From contig JBEKVT010000002.1 in assembly GCA_049997795.1 (NCBI GenBank), positions 1,664 through 65,663 of the forward strand: a stretch of 64,000 bases of DNA, read 5' to 3'. The notes under the pieces were generated by a model. The model saw only the letters and a program-made list of their open reading frames with translations. It did not search any database and was not told where the DNA came from. Below, one piece after another: positions 8,767 through 17,141 of the stretch. Each line of letters begins with the position of its first letter. The first letter of the stretch is position 1. Made by a program: the position numbers and the translations under genes. This DNA comes from Minisyncoccia bacterium (GTDB taxonomy: Bacteria; Patescibacteriota; Minisyncoccia; Phycocordibacterales; PALSA-1337).

Positions 8767-11235
8767 ATGGCGAAGAGATCCGACCATAACGAGCCCCAAA
8801 ACAAGCCGGTTCCAGCCGGCATTGTCGCTCGCAACATCTCGACCGAGATGCGCGAGTCTTTTCTCGACTACGCCATGTCGGTCATCACCGACCGCGCCCT
8901 GCCCGACGTCCGCGACGGCCTGAAGCCGGTCCATCGCCGCATCCTGTATGCCATGCACGAGAAGGGCCTCACATTCCAGGCCAAATTCCGCAAGTCGGCT
9001 GTCCCTGTCTCCGATACCATGGGCAATTACCACCCGCACGGCGATGCTGCCATATATGAATCCCTGGTCAAGATGGCCCAGGATTTCACCATGCGTTATC
9101 CCTTGATCCAGGGCCAGGGCAATTTCGGCACGGTAGACGGCGACCCGGCCGCGGCTATGCGCTACACCGAGGCTCGCATGTCGCGCCTGTCTTCCGAATT
9201 ACTGCGCGACATAGACAAGGATACCGTCGAATTCAGACCGAACTACGACGGTACCAAGAAGGAGCCGTCGGTCCTGCCGACTTCGGTGCCGAACCTCTTA
9301 TTGAACGGTACCTTAGGCATCGCCGTCGGCATGGCCACCAACATCGCTCCGCACAATTTACGCGAGGTCGTGGATGCCACTGTCCACCTGGTGGACAATA
9401 AGGATGCCGCTACTGAGGATCTACTCCAATTCATCAAAGGCCCCGATTTTCCTTTGGGCGCCGTCATCTATGGCGAGAAAGACATCCATCATGCCTATGC
9501 CACTGGCCGCGGCGGCATGATGGTGCGCGGCGAGGCCGAGATCACCGAAGACAAGAAAGGCCAGTATCAGATCGTCATCACTTCGATCCCGTTCCGGGTG
9601 AACAAGAGCGAGCTCATCATGAAGATCGCCGACCTGGTGCACGGGAAGGTGATCGAAGGCGTCAAAAGCCTGCGCGACGAGTCTGACAAGGAGATGCGCA
9701 TCGTGATCGACCTGAAACAGGGCTCATATCCGGAGAAGGTCCTGAATCTTCTCTACAAGCACACCCAGCTCGAAGAGACTTTCCATATGAACACTGTGGC
9801 CCTGGTCGGCGGCGTGCCGCAGACCCTGGGTCTCAAATCCATCCTCCAGGAATTCATCGCCCACAGGATCGAGGTCATCCGCCGCCGCACCAAGTTCGAT
9901 CTCGCCACGGCGGAAGCGCGCGAGCACATCCTAGTCGGCCTGAAGAAGGCTCTCGACCATATCGATGAGATCATAAAATTGATCCGCGCCGCCAAGGACG
10001 CGACCGAAGCCCACGCCGGGCTCGTGAAGAAGTTCAAATTCAGCGATTTGCAAGCCACGGCCATCCTGGAGATGAAGCTCGTCAAGCTCGCCGGCTTGGA
10101 GCGCAAGAAGGTCCTCGACGAGCTCAAGGAAGTCCAAACGCTGATCGAAGACCTGAAGAGCATCCTCGGCAGCGAAAAACGAGTTCGCACGATCATCAAA
10201 ACAGAGCTTGCCGAGATAAGAGGGAAGTACGGAGACGACCGCCGGACCAAGATAGTGAAGCACGGCGTCAAAGAGTTCAACCCCGAAGACCTGATCGCCG
10301 ACGAGGAATCGGTGCTGGTCCTTACGAAAGGCGGCTATATCAAGCGCACCGACCCTGGCGAATATCGCAAACAGAGGCGCGGCGGCGTCGGGGTGGTTGA
10401 TCTCGACACCAAGGAGGAGGACTTCATCTCGCATCTCATCTTCGCTACCACCCACAACGACTTGCTCTTCTTCACGGACAAAGGCAAGGCCTACCAGATC
10501 AAGATGTACGAGATCCCGGAAGGCAAGCGGGCGACCAAGGGCAAGTCGATCATGAATTTCCTGTCGCTCGCGGACGGTGAGCGCGTGACCTCCATCCTGC
10601 CCATGCCCAAGAACAAGAAAGAAGCCGAGGGACTATCTCTCATGATGGTGACCAAGAACGGCACCGGCAAGAAGACCGCCGCAGAGCATTTCAAGGACGT
10701 CCGCCGCTCGGGGCTCATCGCCATCACTCTCGACAAGGGCGACGAATTGATATCGGCCTCTTTCGTCTCCAAGCCTGACGAGGTCGTGATAGCGACCAAA
10801 GAAGGCCAATCCATCCATTTCAAAGAAAGCGACGTGCGCCAAATGGGCCGCAATGCCGCCGGCGTGCGCGTCGTCCGCCTGGGGAAGAGCGACCGCGTCA
10901 TCTCGGCAGACATCGTCGGGAAAGAAGCCAAGAACCCGTGCCTTTTCGTCATGGGGGCGAACGGCTACGGCAAGAAGACCAAGCTCTCTGAATACAAGGT
11001 CCAGAATCGCGGCGGCTCCGGCATTCTGACCATGAACGTGACGGGGAAGACCGGCTCTCTGATGGCCGCCAAGGTCGTGACCGATCTCGACCAGGAAATC
11101 GTGGCCATGTCCAAGAAGTCCCAAGTCATCCGCGTCGATCTAAAGGAGATACCCACTCTCTCTCGCGCCACCCAGGGTGTCCGGGTCATGAAGCTCCGCG
11201 AGGGCGATTCGCTGGCGAGCTTGATTTGCATATAA
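8767..11235 (+). CDS. gyrA: DNA gyrase subunit A
   Basis: [29 protein letters not shown] (catalytic Tyr), GyrA-box QRRGGVG and beta-pinwheel repeats. Confidence 0.98.
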   Translation: MAKRSDHNEPQNKPVPAGIVARNISTEMRESFLDYAMSVITDRALPDVRDGLKPVHRRILYAMHEKGLTFQAKFRKSAVPVSDTMGNYHPHGDAAIYESLVKMAQDFTMRYPLIQGQGNFGTVDGDPAAAMRYTEARMSRLSSELLRDIDKDTVEFRPNYDGTKKEPSVLPTSVPNLLLNGTLGIAVGMATNIAPHNLREVVDATVHLVDNKDAATEDLLQFIKGPDFPLGAVIYGEKDIHHAYATGRGGMMVRGEAEITEDKKGQYQIVITSIPFRVNKSELIMKIADLVHGKVIEGVKSLRDESDKEMRIVIDLKQGSYPEKVLNLLYKHTQLEETFHMNTVALVGGVPQTLGLKSILQEFIAHRIEVIRRRTKFDLATAEAREHILVGLKKALDHIDEIIKLIRAAKDATEAHAGLVKKFKFSDLQATAILEMKLVKLAGLERKKVLDELKEVQTLIEDLKSILGSEKRVRTIIKTELAEIRGKYGDDRRTKIVKHGVKEFNPEDLIADEESVLVLTKGGYIKRTDPGEYRKQRRGGVGVVDLDTKEEDFISHLIFATTHNDLLFFTDKGKAYQIKMYEIPEGKRATKGKSIMNFLSLADGERVTSILPMPKNKKEAEGLSLMMVTKNGTGKKTAAEHFKDVRRSGLIAITLDKGDELISASFVSKPDEVVIATKEGQSIHFKESDVRQMGRNAAGVRVVRLGKSDRVISADIVGKEAKNPCLFVMGANGYGKKTKLSEYKVQNRGGSGILTMNVTGKTGSLMAAKVVTDLDQEIVAMSKKSQVIRVDLKEIPTLSRATQGVRVMKLREGDSLASLICI

Positions 11236-11259
11236 ACGTTAGGCCGCGAGGGTGATTCA

Positions 11260-11281
11260 GTCCGAGTCCAAACCAGCCAGC
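11260..11281 (+). pseudogene. Remnant 3' part of a tRNA-Gln-like gene (attachment-site-like)
   Basis: G-TCCGAGT-CCAAA-CCAGCCA-G-C fits tRNA positions 53-74 (T-loop with one change; Gln-type C70 C71 A72 G73). No 5' half is recognisable. Confidence 0.5.
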
Positions 11282-11287
11282 TAGCAC

Positions 11288-11695
11288 ATGAATGCAGATG
11301 CGCTTAAAGGAGTAACCATTAAAGATGCCGGAGTGAAAGGCCGCGGAATCTTTGCTCTGCGAGATTTCAAGAAAGGAGAGCTGGTGTTAGGTTGGAATAA
11401 AGAAAATAGATTTCTTTCTGAAGAGGAAATTTCAGATCTGCCAGAGGGAGAAAAAAAGTATGTTGCCTTGTGCAACGGGAAATATCTTCTAATCTCAGAA
11501 CCAGAACGTTACATGAATCATTCTTGTGATCCTAATACTATAAATGAAAACGGTCTTGACTACGCTCTTAGAGATATCAAGAAAGGCGAGGAGATTACAG
11601 GAGATTATGATCGGGGAGGTTCATTGTTAGGATTTGAATGTAAATGCGACAGTAAAAATTGCAGAAAGGTAGTTCGTCCCAGGAAGCTTAATTGA
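11288..11695 (+). CDS. SET domain protein-lysine methyltransferase with post-SET cysteines (cassette 1)
   Basis: GRGIFA, RYMNHSCDPN, GEEITGDY and CKCDSKNC; visibly AT-richer than flanking genes. Confidence 0.9.
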   Translation: MNADALKGVTIKDAGVKGRGIFALRDFKKGELVLGWNKENRFLSEEEISDLPEGEKKYVALCNGKYLLISEPERYMNHSCDPNTINENGLDYALRDIKKGEEITGDYDRGGSLLGFECKCDSKNCRKVVRPRKLN

Positions 11696-11714
11696 GTTGT
11701 TTCAGGTCAATTAT

Positions 11715-11742
11715 AGTTCCGACATCGTACCACGCAGCCAGC
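11715..11742 (+). repeat. Cassette junction motif, copy A
   Basis: AGTTCCGACATCGTACCACGCA followed by core GCCAGC. Confidence 0.85.
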
Positions 11743-11749
11743 CAATAAA

Positions 11750-12313
11750 ATGAACAATTATATCTTTGGTTATGGAAGTCTCGTGAACAAAGAAAGTCGC
11801 GGACTTACCGGTAAATCAGCACTGATCGGCCCAGTACGAGTGCGCGGAATAAGACGCGGGTGGAATGTCCAAGTCACTGATAAAACAGTACTTGGCGCCA
11901 CATAAGAGCCGGGCGCTATTTGTAATGGAGTAATCGTGTCTGTGCCAGAGCAGGAATTAGCAAGGTACGATGAAAGGGAGATCCCATCGAAATATAAAAG
12001 AATTGAATTACCAGTGGCGAATGTAAATCTTCTCAATAATAAAAGTTCGAGTGGAACCTTCTGGACATATGTCGCGATTGATCCAAAAGATCCTGACGCT
12101 GAACATCCCATCCCTCAGTCATATATAGATGTAGTACTCACCGGTTTTTTGGATTTTGGGACTGACTTTGCAAAAGAGTTCGTCGATTCTACGGAGGGAT
12201 GGAAATATATTGTGAATGATCGAGATAACCCACTGTACTCGAGAGCATTAAAGAATGTTGAACGTAGAGCTGAAATTGACACCCTCCTTTCCAAGGCAAG
12301 TCTAGTCTCCTAG
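11750..12313 (+). pseudogene. Gamma-glutamylcyclotransferase-family gene with in-frame stop (cassette 2)
   Basis: MNNYIFGYGSLVN...RRGWN...LGAT*EPGAICNGV...YDERE; TAA at 11903-11905 is in frame with ATG 11750. Confidence 0.85.
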
Positions 12314-12316
12314 CAA

Positions 12317-12344
12317 GGTTCCAACATCGTACCACGCAGCCAGC
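12317..12344 (+). repeat. Cassette junction motif, copy B
   Basis: GGTTCCAACATCGTACCACGCA followed by core GCCAGC. Confidence 0.85.
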
Positions 12345-12419
12345 CGATTGAAGCACAGCATTTTTGTCCCCACCGGCCGAGACAGGCCGGCCCTTCAAAC
12401 GTGGTAAAATGATATGGTC

Positions 12420-12938
12420 ATGTTTTCGGATCCAGCCGCGAATCTGGCGAAATTAGGCCTTGCGGACGGCATGAAAGTCGTCGATCTGGGGGCCGGCTCC
12501 GGCTTCTATTCCATGGAGGCGGCCAAGATGGTCGGCGCGACCGGCCGGGTCTACGCCGTGGACGTTCAGAAAGAGCTCCTCGAGCGCCTGCGGGGGGTTG
12601 CGGCCTCGCACGGCATCCGCAACATCGAAGTCATCTGGGGCAACGCCGAGAAGATCGGCGGGCTCAGATTGAGGGATGGTCTGGCGGACCGGGTCATCGC
12701 CTCGAACATCCTCTTTCAGATAGCCAAGCCGGACGATTTCGTCTTGGAGATAAAGCGCGCTCTGAAGCCCGGCGGCAAGGTCCTCCTCATCGACTGGAGC
12801 GGGGCCAGCGCCTTGAGCCCCAAGACCATCGTGCCGGCTCAAAAGGCCCAGACGCTTTTCGAGAAGAACGGCTTCGGGCTCGAACAGTCTTTCGGAGCGG
12901 GAGACCACCATTACGGGCTCGTATTTGTCAGGAATTGA
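12420..12938 (+). CDS. Class I SAM-dependent methyltransferase
   Basis: VVDLGAGSG, VYAVDVQ and LKPGGKVLLIDW motifs. Confidence 0.9.
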   Translation: MFSDPAANLAKLGLADGMKVVDLGAGSGFYSMEAAKMVGATGRVYAVDVQKELLERLRGVAASHGIRNIEVIWGNAEKIGGLRLRDGLADRVIASNILFQIAKPDDFVLEIKRALKPGGKVLLIDWSGASALSPKTIVPAQKAQTLFEKNGFGLEQSFGAGDHHYGLVFVRN

Positions 12939-12941
12939 CCG

Positions 12942-14243
12942 ATGAAAACCTCGAAATTCCAACTCATCATATTCATAGTCTTCATCCTCTTCATCGCGGC
13001 CGGGGTGGCGGCCTTCGCCACCTACAAAGGTTCCAGCTCCGGTAGCCAGCTGCCGACGATCACCGTCTGGGGCACGTTCCCGAAGGACGTCTTCGACCAG
13101 TATGTCATCCAAGTGGGCAACTCTCTATCCTCGCCGATCTCGGTCAAATACGTCCAGGAATCGCCGGACGCCTTCCTGCAGGATTTCATCTCGGCCCTGG
13201 CGCGGGGGGCCGGCCCGGATGCCGTCCTCATACCGGCCGACATGATCCTGCCGGCCGAAGACAAGCTCGTGCCCATCCCGTACTCGGCCCTGCCGCAGGC
13301 TTCGTTCAAGAGCGCCTACATCGACGAGAGCTTCGTCTATCTCGGTTCAAACGGCGTCATGGCCGTGCCGTTCGCCGTCGACCCGATAGTCATGTACTGG
13401 GATCGCGACATGTTCGACGCCGCCGGCATCGCCTCGCCGCCCAAGTACTGGGACGATTTCGCGAACGCCATCAAGAAGATCACCGTTAAGAACGAGAATG
13501 GCACGGTGACGAGGAGCGCCGTGGCCATGGGTGATTTCACCAACGTGGTGAACGCCCGTGAGCTCCTCGGCTCGCTCTTCCTCCAGCTCGGCAATCCCAT
13601 CACGGTCCAGGCGTCGGACGGCAGCGTCTCGAGCGCCCTTAAGACCTCCGCCAAGGCCGATCCGACCCCGGCTCTGCAATTCTTCGCCGGCTTCGTCGAT
13701 CCGACGAGCGATTATTACTCGTGGAATCGGAGCTGGCCGGATTCCAAGACGGCTTTCCTGGCCGGCAGTCTGGCCACTTATTTCGGCTTCGCTTCTGAGC
13801 TCGCGGACATCCGGTCCAAGAATCCCAATCTGAATTTCGACGTGACAGCCCTGCCCGAGGCCCGTTCAGGCGGCACGACGGCGGTCTACGGCAAGCTCTA
13901 CGGCTTCTCCTTGGTCAAGGCCTCGCCCAACAATAATGCCGCATACGAGATCATCTCGACCTTGACGATGCCGCAATATCTGGTCAAGGTCTCCGACGCC
14001 ATGTATCTGCCGTCGGTCTCTCGCGACGTGATCGCCAGCGGCTCGACCGATCAATACATCACCATTTTCAACCAAGCGGCGCTCATCTCGAGGACCTGGC
14101 TCGACGCCGACCCGGCGAAGTCCGGCCAGATCTTCGGCTCCATGGTCCAAGCCGTCGTCTCCGGCCAGAGATCGGCCAGTCAGGCGGTCTCGGACGCGGG
14201 GAACCAGTATGACGCCGTGCTGCGGCAAGCCACCGGACAATAA
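12942..14243 (+). CDS. Extracellular solute-binding protein (sugar-binding family 1-like)
   Basis: N-terminal TM anchor, ITVWG, LARGAGPD, VPFAVDPIVMYWDRDMF...PPKYWDDF. Confidence 0.85.
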   Translation: MKTSKFQLIIFIVFILFIAAGVAAFATYKGSSSGSQLPTITVWGTFPKDVFDQYVIQVGNSLSSPISVKYVQESPDAFLQDFISALARGAGPDAVLIPADMILPAEDKLVPIPYSALPQASFKSAYIDESFVYLGSNGVMAVPFAVDPIVMYWDRDMFDAAGIASPPKYWDDFANAIKKITVKNENGTVTRSAVAMGDFTNVVNARELLGSLFLQLGNPITVQASDGSVSSALKTSAKADPTPALQFFAGFVDPTSDYYSWNRSWPDSKTAFLAGSLATYFGFASELADIRSKNPNLNFDVTALPEARSGGTTAVYGKLYGFSLVKASPNNNAAYEIISTLTMPQYLVKVSDAMYLPSVSRDVIASGSTDQYITIFNQAALISRTWLDADPAKSGQIFGSMVQAVVSGQRSASQAVSDAGNQYDAVLRQATGQ

Positions 14244-14254
14244 CGCCTAAAATC

Positions 14255-14692
14255 ATGAAACACGCTCTCTTCATCGCATCGCTTCTCGTCCTTCTCGGTC
14301 CGTTCGCCGCGCCGACCGTCCTGGCCCAGGTGCCGGAAGCCAACATAAACAACGCCAGCTTCCGTCTCGTCATCTGCGATGGACCGGCTCTGCCGGCGAA
14401 CGTCCCGCCGCCGACAACTGACTACGTCCCTTGTGACTTCCAGCATCTCATGATAGAGGCCCAATACCTGATCAACGTCATGATAATCCTCGGCACACTC
14501 GGAGCCTTGATAGGCTTCGCTTACGCCGGCTATCTCTACATAACCGGCACCCAGCCGAATCTGGCCAAGGCCAAGGGCATATTTCCAAAGGTCTTCTGGG
14601 GGTTTATACTGATGCTGACCGCCTGGTTCATCGTCTATCAGATCCTCTCTTGGCTGACCGGGAACGCCGCGACGTATCTCGGCGGCTCGTAA
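14255..14692 (+). CDS. VirB2/TrbC-like pilin 1
   Basis: Signal peptide, Cys pair, and two hydrophobic helices with the YAGYLYI...AK...G..L..AW.IV pattern. Confidence 0.75.
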   Translation: MKHALFIASLLVLLGPFAAPTVLAQVPEANINNASFRLVICDGPALPANVPPPTTDYVPCDFQHLMIEAQYLINVMIILGTLGALIGFAYAGYLYITGTQPNLAKAKGIFPKVFWGFILMLTAWFIVYQILSWLTGNAATYLGGS

Positions 14693-14696
14693 TCAC

Positions 14697-15125
14697 ATGA
14701 AGAACATCCCGATGAAGAATCTCATTTATACCTTGGCTCTGGCCGTTTTGCTCGTCGGGGCTGCTCAATCCGCGAACGCCGATATCCAATCGGGGAACCC
14801 GAGCGGCACCTTCTCCCTTCAAAACCCTCTGCAATTCACGACCGTCGGCGACCTCATCAACGGCTTCCTGCAGATATTCTCATATGTGGCCGTCCTGTTC
14901 GCCGTCCTGATGCTAGTCTGGGTCGGCCTGCAATTCGTCCTGGCCAGGGGCAACCCCGAACGCATGAAAGTGCTGAAAAACTGGCTCCTGTGGATCGTCA
15001 TCGGGGCGGCCATCGTGATCGGCGCCAGGATCATCGTCTCGGTCGTCATAAACACCCTAGGCTCGACAGGCGCGGTCAACCAGAATATCCTGAATAGCGC
15101 CAATAACGCCCTCAATAAGCCGTGA
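14697..15125 (+). CDS. VirB2/TrbC-like pilin 2
   Basis: LQNPL, GLQFVLARGNPE and LLWIVIGAAIVIGA pattern. Confidence 0.8.
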   Translation: MKNIPMKNLIYTLALAVLLVGAAQSANADIQSGNPSGTFSLQNPLQFTTVGDLINGFLQIFSYVAVLFAVLMLVWVGLQFVLARGNPERMKVLKNWLLWIVIGAAIVIGARIIVSVVINTLGSTGAVNQNILNSANNALNKP

Positions 15126-15164
15126 GACCTCTTGGCCGATTAACAGCCGTTTAAAAACATAACC

Positions 15165-15554
15165 ATGAAGAAAAAGCTCATCGTGTTTGCCTCCGTCCTC
15201 CCGTTCATCTTGCCGACCGTGGTTCAAGCTCAAACCCCCGTCGCTCTCAATTGTGATCCGAAGACATTATGCTATGTCGTGAGCCAGGTCATCGCGTACC
15301 TGAACCTGGCCTTGAGCTTGCTGATGGCGGTGGCCATCGTCATGTTCGTGTGGTACGTGATCAAGTATTACATCAGGCCCAACGAGGAGCGCAAACAAGC
15401 CGGACTATACGTCATGTACAGCATCATCGGCTTTTTCGTCATCCTGTCCATCTGGGGCATCATCAACATCCTCGGCAGCACCTTCGGTCTGGGGAACGCC
15501 GGCAACCAGCAAAAGAGCTGGAGCAGCTTCGTCAATCTCTTCCCGCAGCAATGA
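15165..15554 (+). CDS. VirB2/TrbC-like pilin 3
   Basis: Signal peptide; YSIIGFFVILSIWGIINIL..TFG. Confidence 0.78.
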   Translation: MKKKLIVFASVLPFILPTVVQAQTPVALNCDPKTLCYVVSQVIAYLNLALSLLMAVAIVMFVWYVIKYYIRPNEERKQAGLYVMYSIIGFFVILSIWGIINILGSTFGLGNAGNQQKSWSSFVNLFPQQ

Positions 15555-15589
15555 AATATTATGATCGACCATAACCGATACACACTATC

Positions 15590-15913
15590 ATGATGCAAGT
15601 CACGGACGTCAATTCACTGTTCTACAAGCTGAATGGGATCGGCAACGCCGTGACCATTCTGCTCGTCTCGCTCGCGGTCATCTGGATAGTCGTCTCCGTC
15701 GTGCGTTTCATCATGGCGAGCGGGGAGAACCGGGCCGTTCACCGGGCTTCCGTCCTTTGGGGCATCGTCGGTCTAGCCGTCATCCTGTCCATCTGGGGCA
15801 TCATCAACATCTTCGGGCGCACTTTTGGACTGGGAAATGCCCAGAATCAATGGCGATCTTCGAGGGACGCGAACAGCCTGATCATGACGCCTCCGGTATC
15901 GCCATTCCAGTAA
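15590..15913 (+). CDS. VirB2/TrbC-like pilin 4
   Basis: LWGIVGLAVILSIWGIINIF..TFG. Confidence 0.75.
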   Translation: MMQVTDVNSLFYKLNGIGNAVTILLVSLAVIWIVVSVVRFIMASGENRAVHRASVLWGIVGLAVILSIWGIINIFGRTFGLGNAQNQWRSSRDANSLIMTPPVSPFQ

Positions 15914-16015
15914 TCCACAGCCAGCGCTTCTTTTTAGAGGCGATATCGGCTATAATCCGGATGGCTACAAGTGATTTTAACAGTCGTCATTAACCAATCA
16001 TCCATCAGCATTATC

Positions 16016-16378
16016 ATGAAAAAGCTCATAGCATCGCTCGCGGTCCTGACCCCGTCGGTCGCCTTCGCCGCCCAGCCGATCACTGACGTCAACTCGCTGA
16101 CCCAGAAGCTGACCGGCATCGGCAATACCGTGATCGGCATCCTGATCTCGCTCGCGGTCATCTGGATCATCTGGAACGTCGTCTCTTTCATCATCCACGC
16201 CGACAATCCGGAGAAGCGCGGCGAGAGCGGCAAGGCCATCCTTTGGGGCGTCGTCGGCCTGTTCGTCATCCTGTCCATCTGGGGCCTGGTCAACATCCTG
16301 ACCGGCACGTTCAGCACCAATACCCAGGCGCCGGTCCAGAACTACCCGGTCAATCCCAATCCGCCGATAGTCCAGTGA
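16016..16378 (+). CDS. VirB2/TrbC-like pilin 5
   Basis: Signal peptide MKKLIASLAVLTPSVAFA; LWGVVGLFVILSIWGLVNIL; own -10 (TATAAT near 15951). Confidence 0.8.
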   Translation: MKKLIASLAVLTPSVAFAAQPITDVNSLTQKLTGIGNTVIGILISLAVIWIIWNVVSFIIHADNPEKRGESGKAILWGVVGLFVILSIWGLVNILTGTFSTNTQAPVQNYPVNPNPPIVQ

Positions 16379-16391
16379 CCGAATAGCCAGC

Positions 16392-16643
16392 GTGGCTTCC
16401 CCGTTCTTCAAGGCCATAAACCCGATCATCACCAACGTGGTCAATCCGCTGGTGTGGCTGGCTTTCGCCGTGGCCTTCGTCGTCTTCGCCTACGGGGTCG
16501 TCCAGATGATCACTCACGAAACGGACGCGGAGGCCCACAAGCGGGGAAGATGGAGCATCTTGAGCGGCATAATCGGCATGTTCATCATGTTCTCGGCCTG
16601 GGGCATCATCAATATCGTCGCCAACACGGTCAAGTCGCTTTGA
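16392..16643 (+). CDS. VirB2/TrbC-like pilin 6 (short)
   Basis: IITNVVNPL...YGVV.MI...GIIGMFIMFSAWGIINIV. Confidence 0.75.
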   Translation: MASPFFKAINPIITNVVNPLVWLAFAVAFVVFAYGVVQMITHETDAEAHKRGRWSILSGIIGMFIMFSAWGIINIVANTVKSL

Positions 16644-16670
16644 GCCCAGGCAAGCGAAAACCTGGGAAAT

Positions 16671-16709
16671 AAAAAAAGGGCCGCAGGAGAGTTCGTCTCC
16701 GCGGCCCTT
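16671..16709 (-). terminator. Intrinsic terminator
   Basis: AAGGGCCGC...GCGGCCCTT hairpin with a T-run on the minus strand. Confidence 0.7.
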
Positions 16710-16727
16710 GGACGTCAAGCGCCGTCC

Positions 16728-17141
16728 TCAGGTGTCATCCTTCTTGAAGGTGCAAGTGACCTCGGCGTATCCGGTTTTTTCCCGGTTGAGCCGATATCCC
16801 TTTTTCCAGATCCCCTTGCCGCGATCCTGATAAGGCCGGGGCAGGATGTATTCGGTCGGAGGGAGCGATCTGTCCGTTCCCCTGTATACCCGAAGGTCGA
16901 CGGGAGCCGAACCCCAATCGTCGGTCATCGTCCAGCCGTCCTTGATCTCGACGTATACCCAAGGGTGATCCGGCATCTCCCTCACCCAGAAGGTCTTGGT
17001 ATAGGAGGTCCGGCCCCGGCTGCCGTCGTCTCCGGCCCTTGGGCCGGATCCGTGCAGCGTCGGTGGGTTGGCCAAGAAGTACAGAACGATGAGCGACCCG
17101 AAGCCTATCAATACAGTCAGCCATTTGCGCTTCTTGTTCAT
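16728..17141 (-). CDS. Hypothetical membrane-anchored protein
   Basis: N-terminal TM segment; overlaps the stop of the upstream gene (ATGA) and has a Shine-Dalgarno GGAGG. Confidence 0.65.
   Translation of the reverse strand: MNKKRKWLTVLIGFGSLIVLYFLANPPTLHGSGPRAGDDGSRGRTSYTKTFWVREMPDHPWVYVEIKDGWTMTDDWGSAPVDLRVYRGTDRSLPPTEYILPRPYQDRGKGIWKKGYRLNREKTGYAEVTCTFKKDDT

Noticed and set aside
11903-11905. Stop-codon recoding or an alternative genetic code
   Set aside because: TAA, TAG and TGA all terminate conserved genes in this window and tRNA-Trp has a CCA anticodon; a single nonsense mutation is simpler.
11715-12344. Junction repeats read as a CRISPR array or classical integron attC sites
   Set aside because: The spacing is gene-sized (about 460-675 bp), no cas or intI gene is present, and the repeats lack the long imperfect palindrome with outer RYYYAAC/GTTRRRY boxes.
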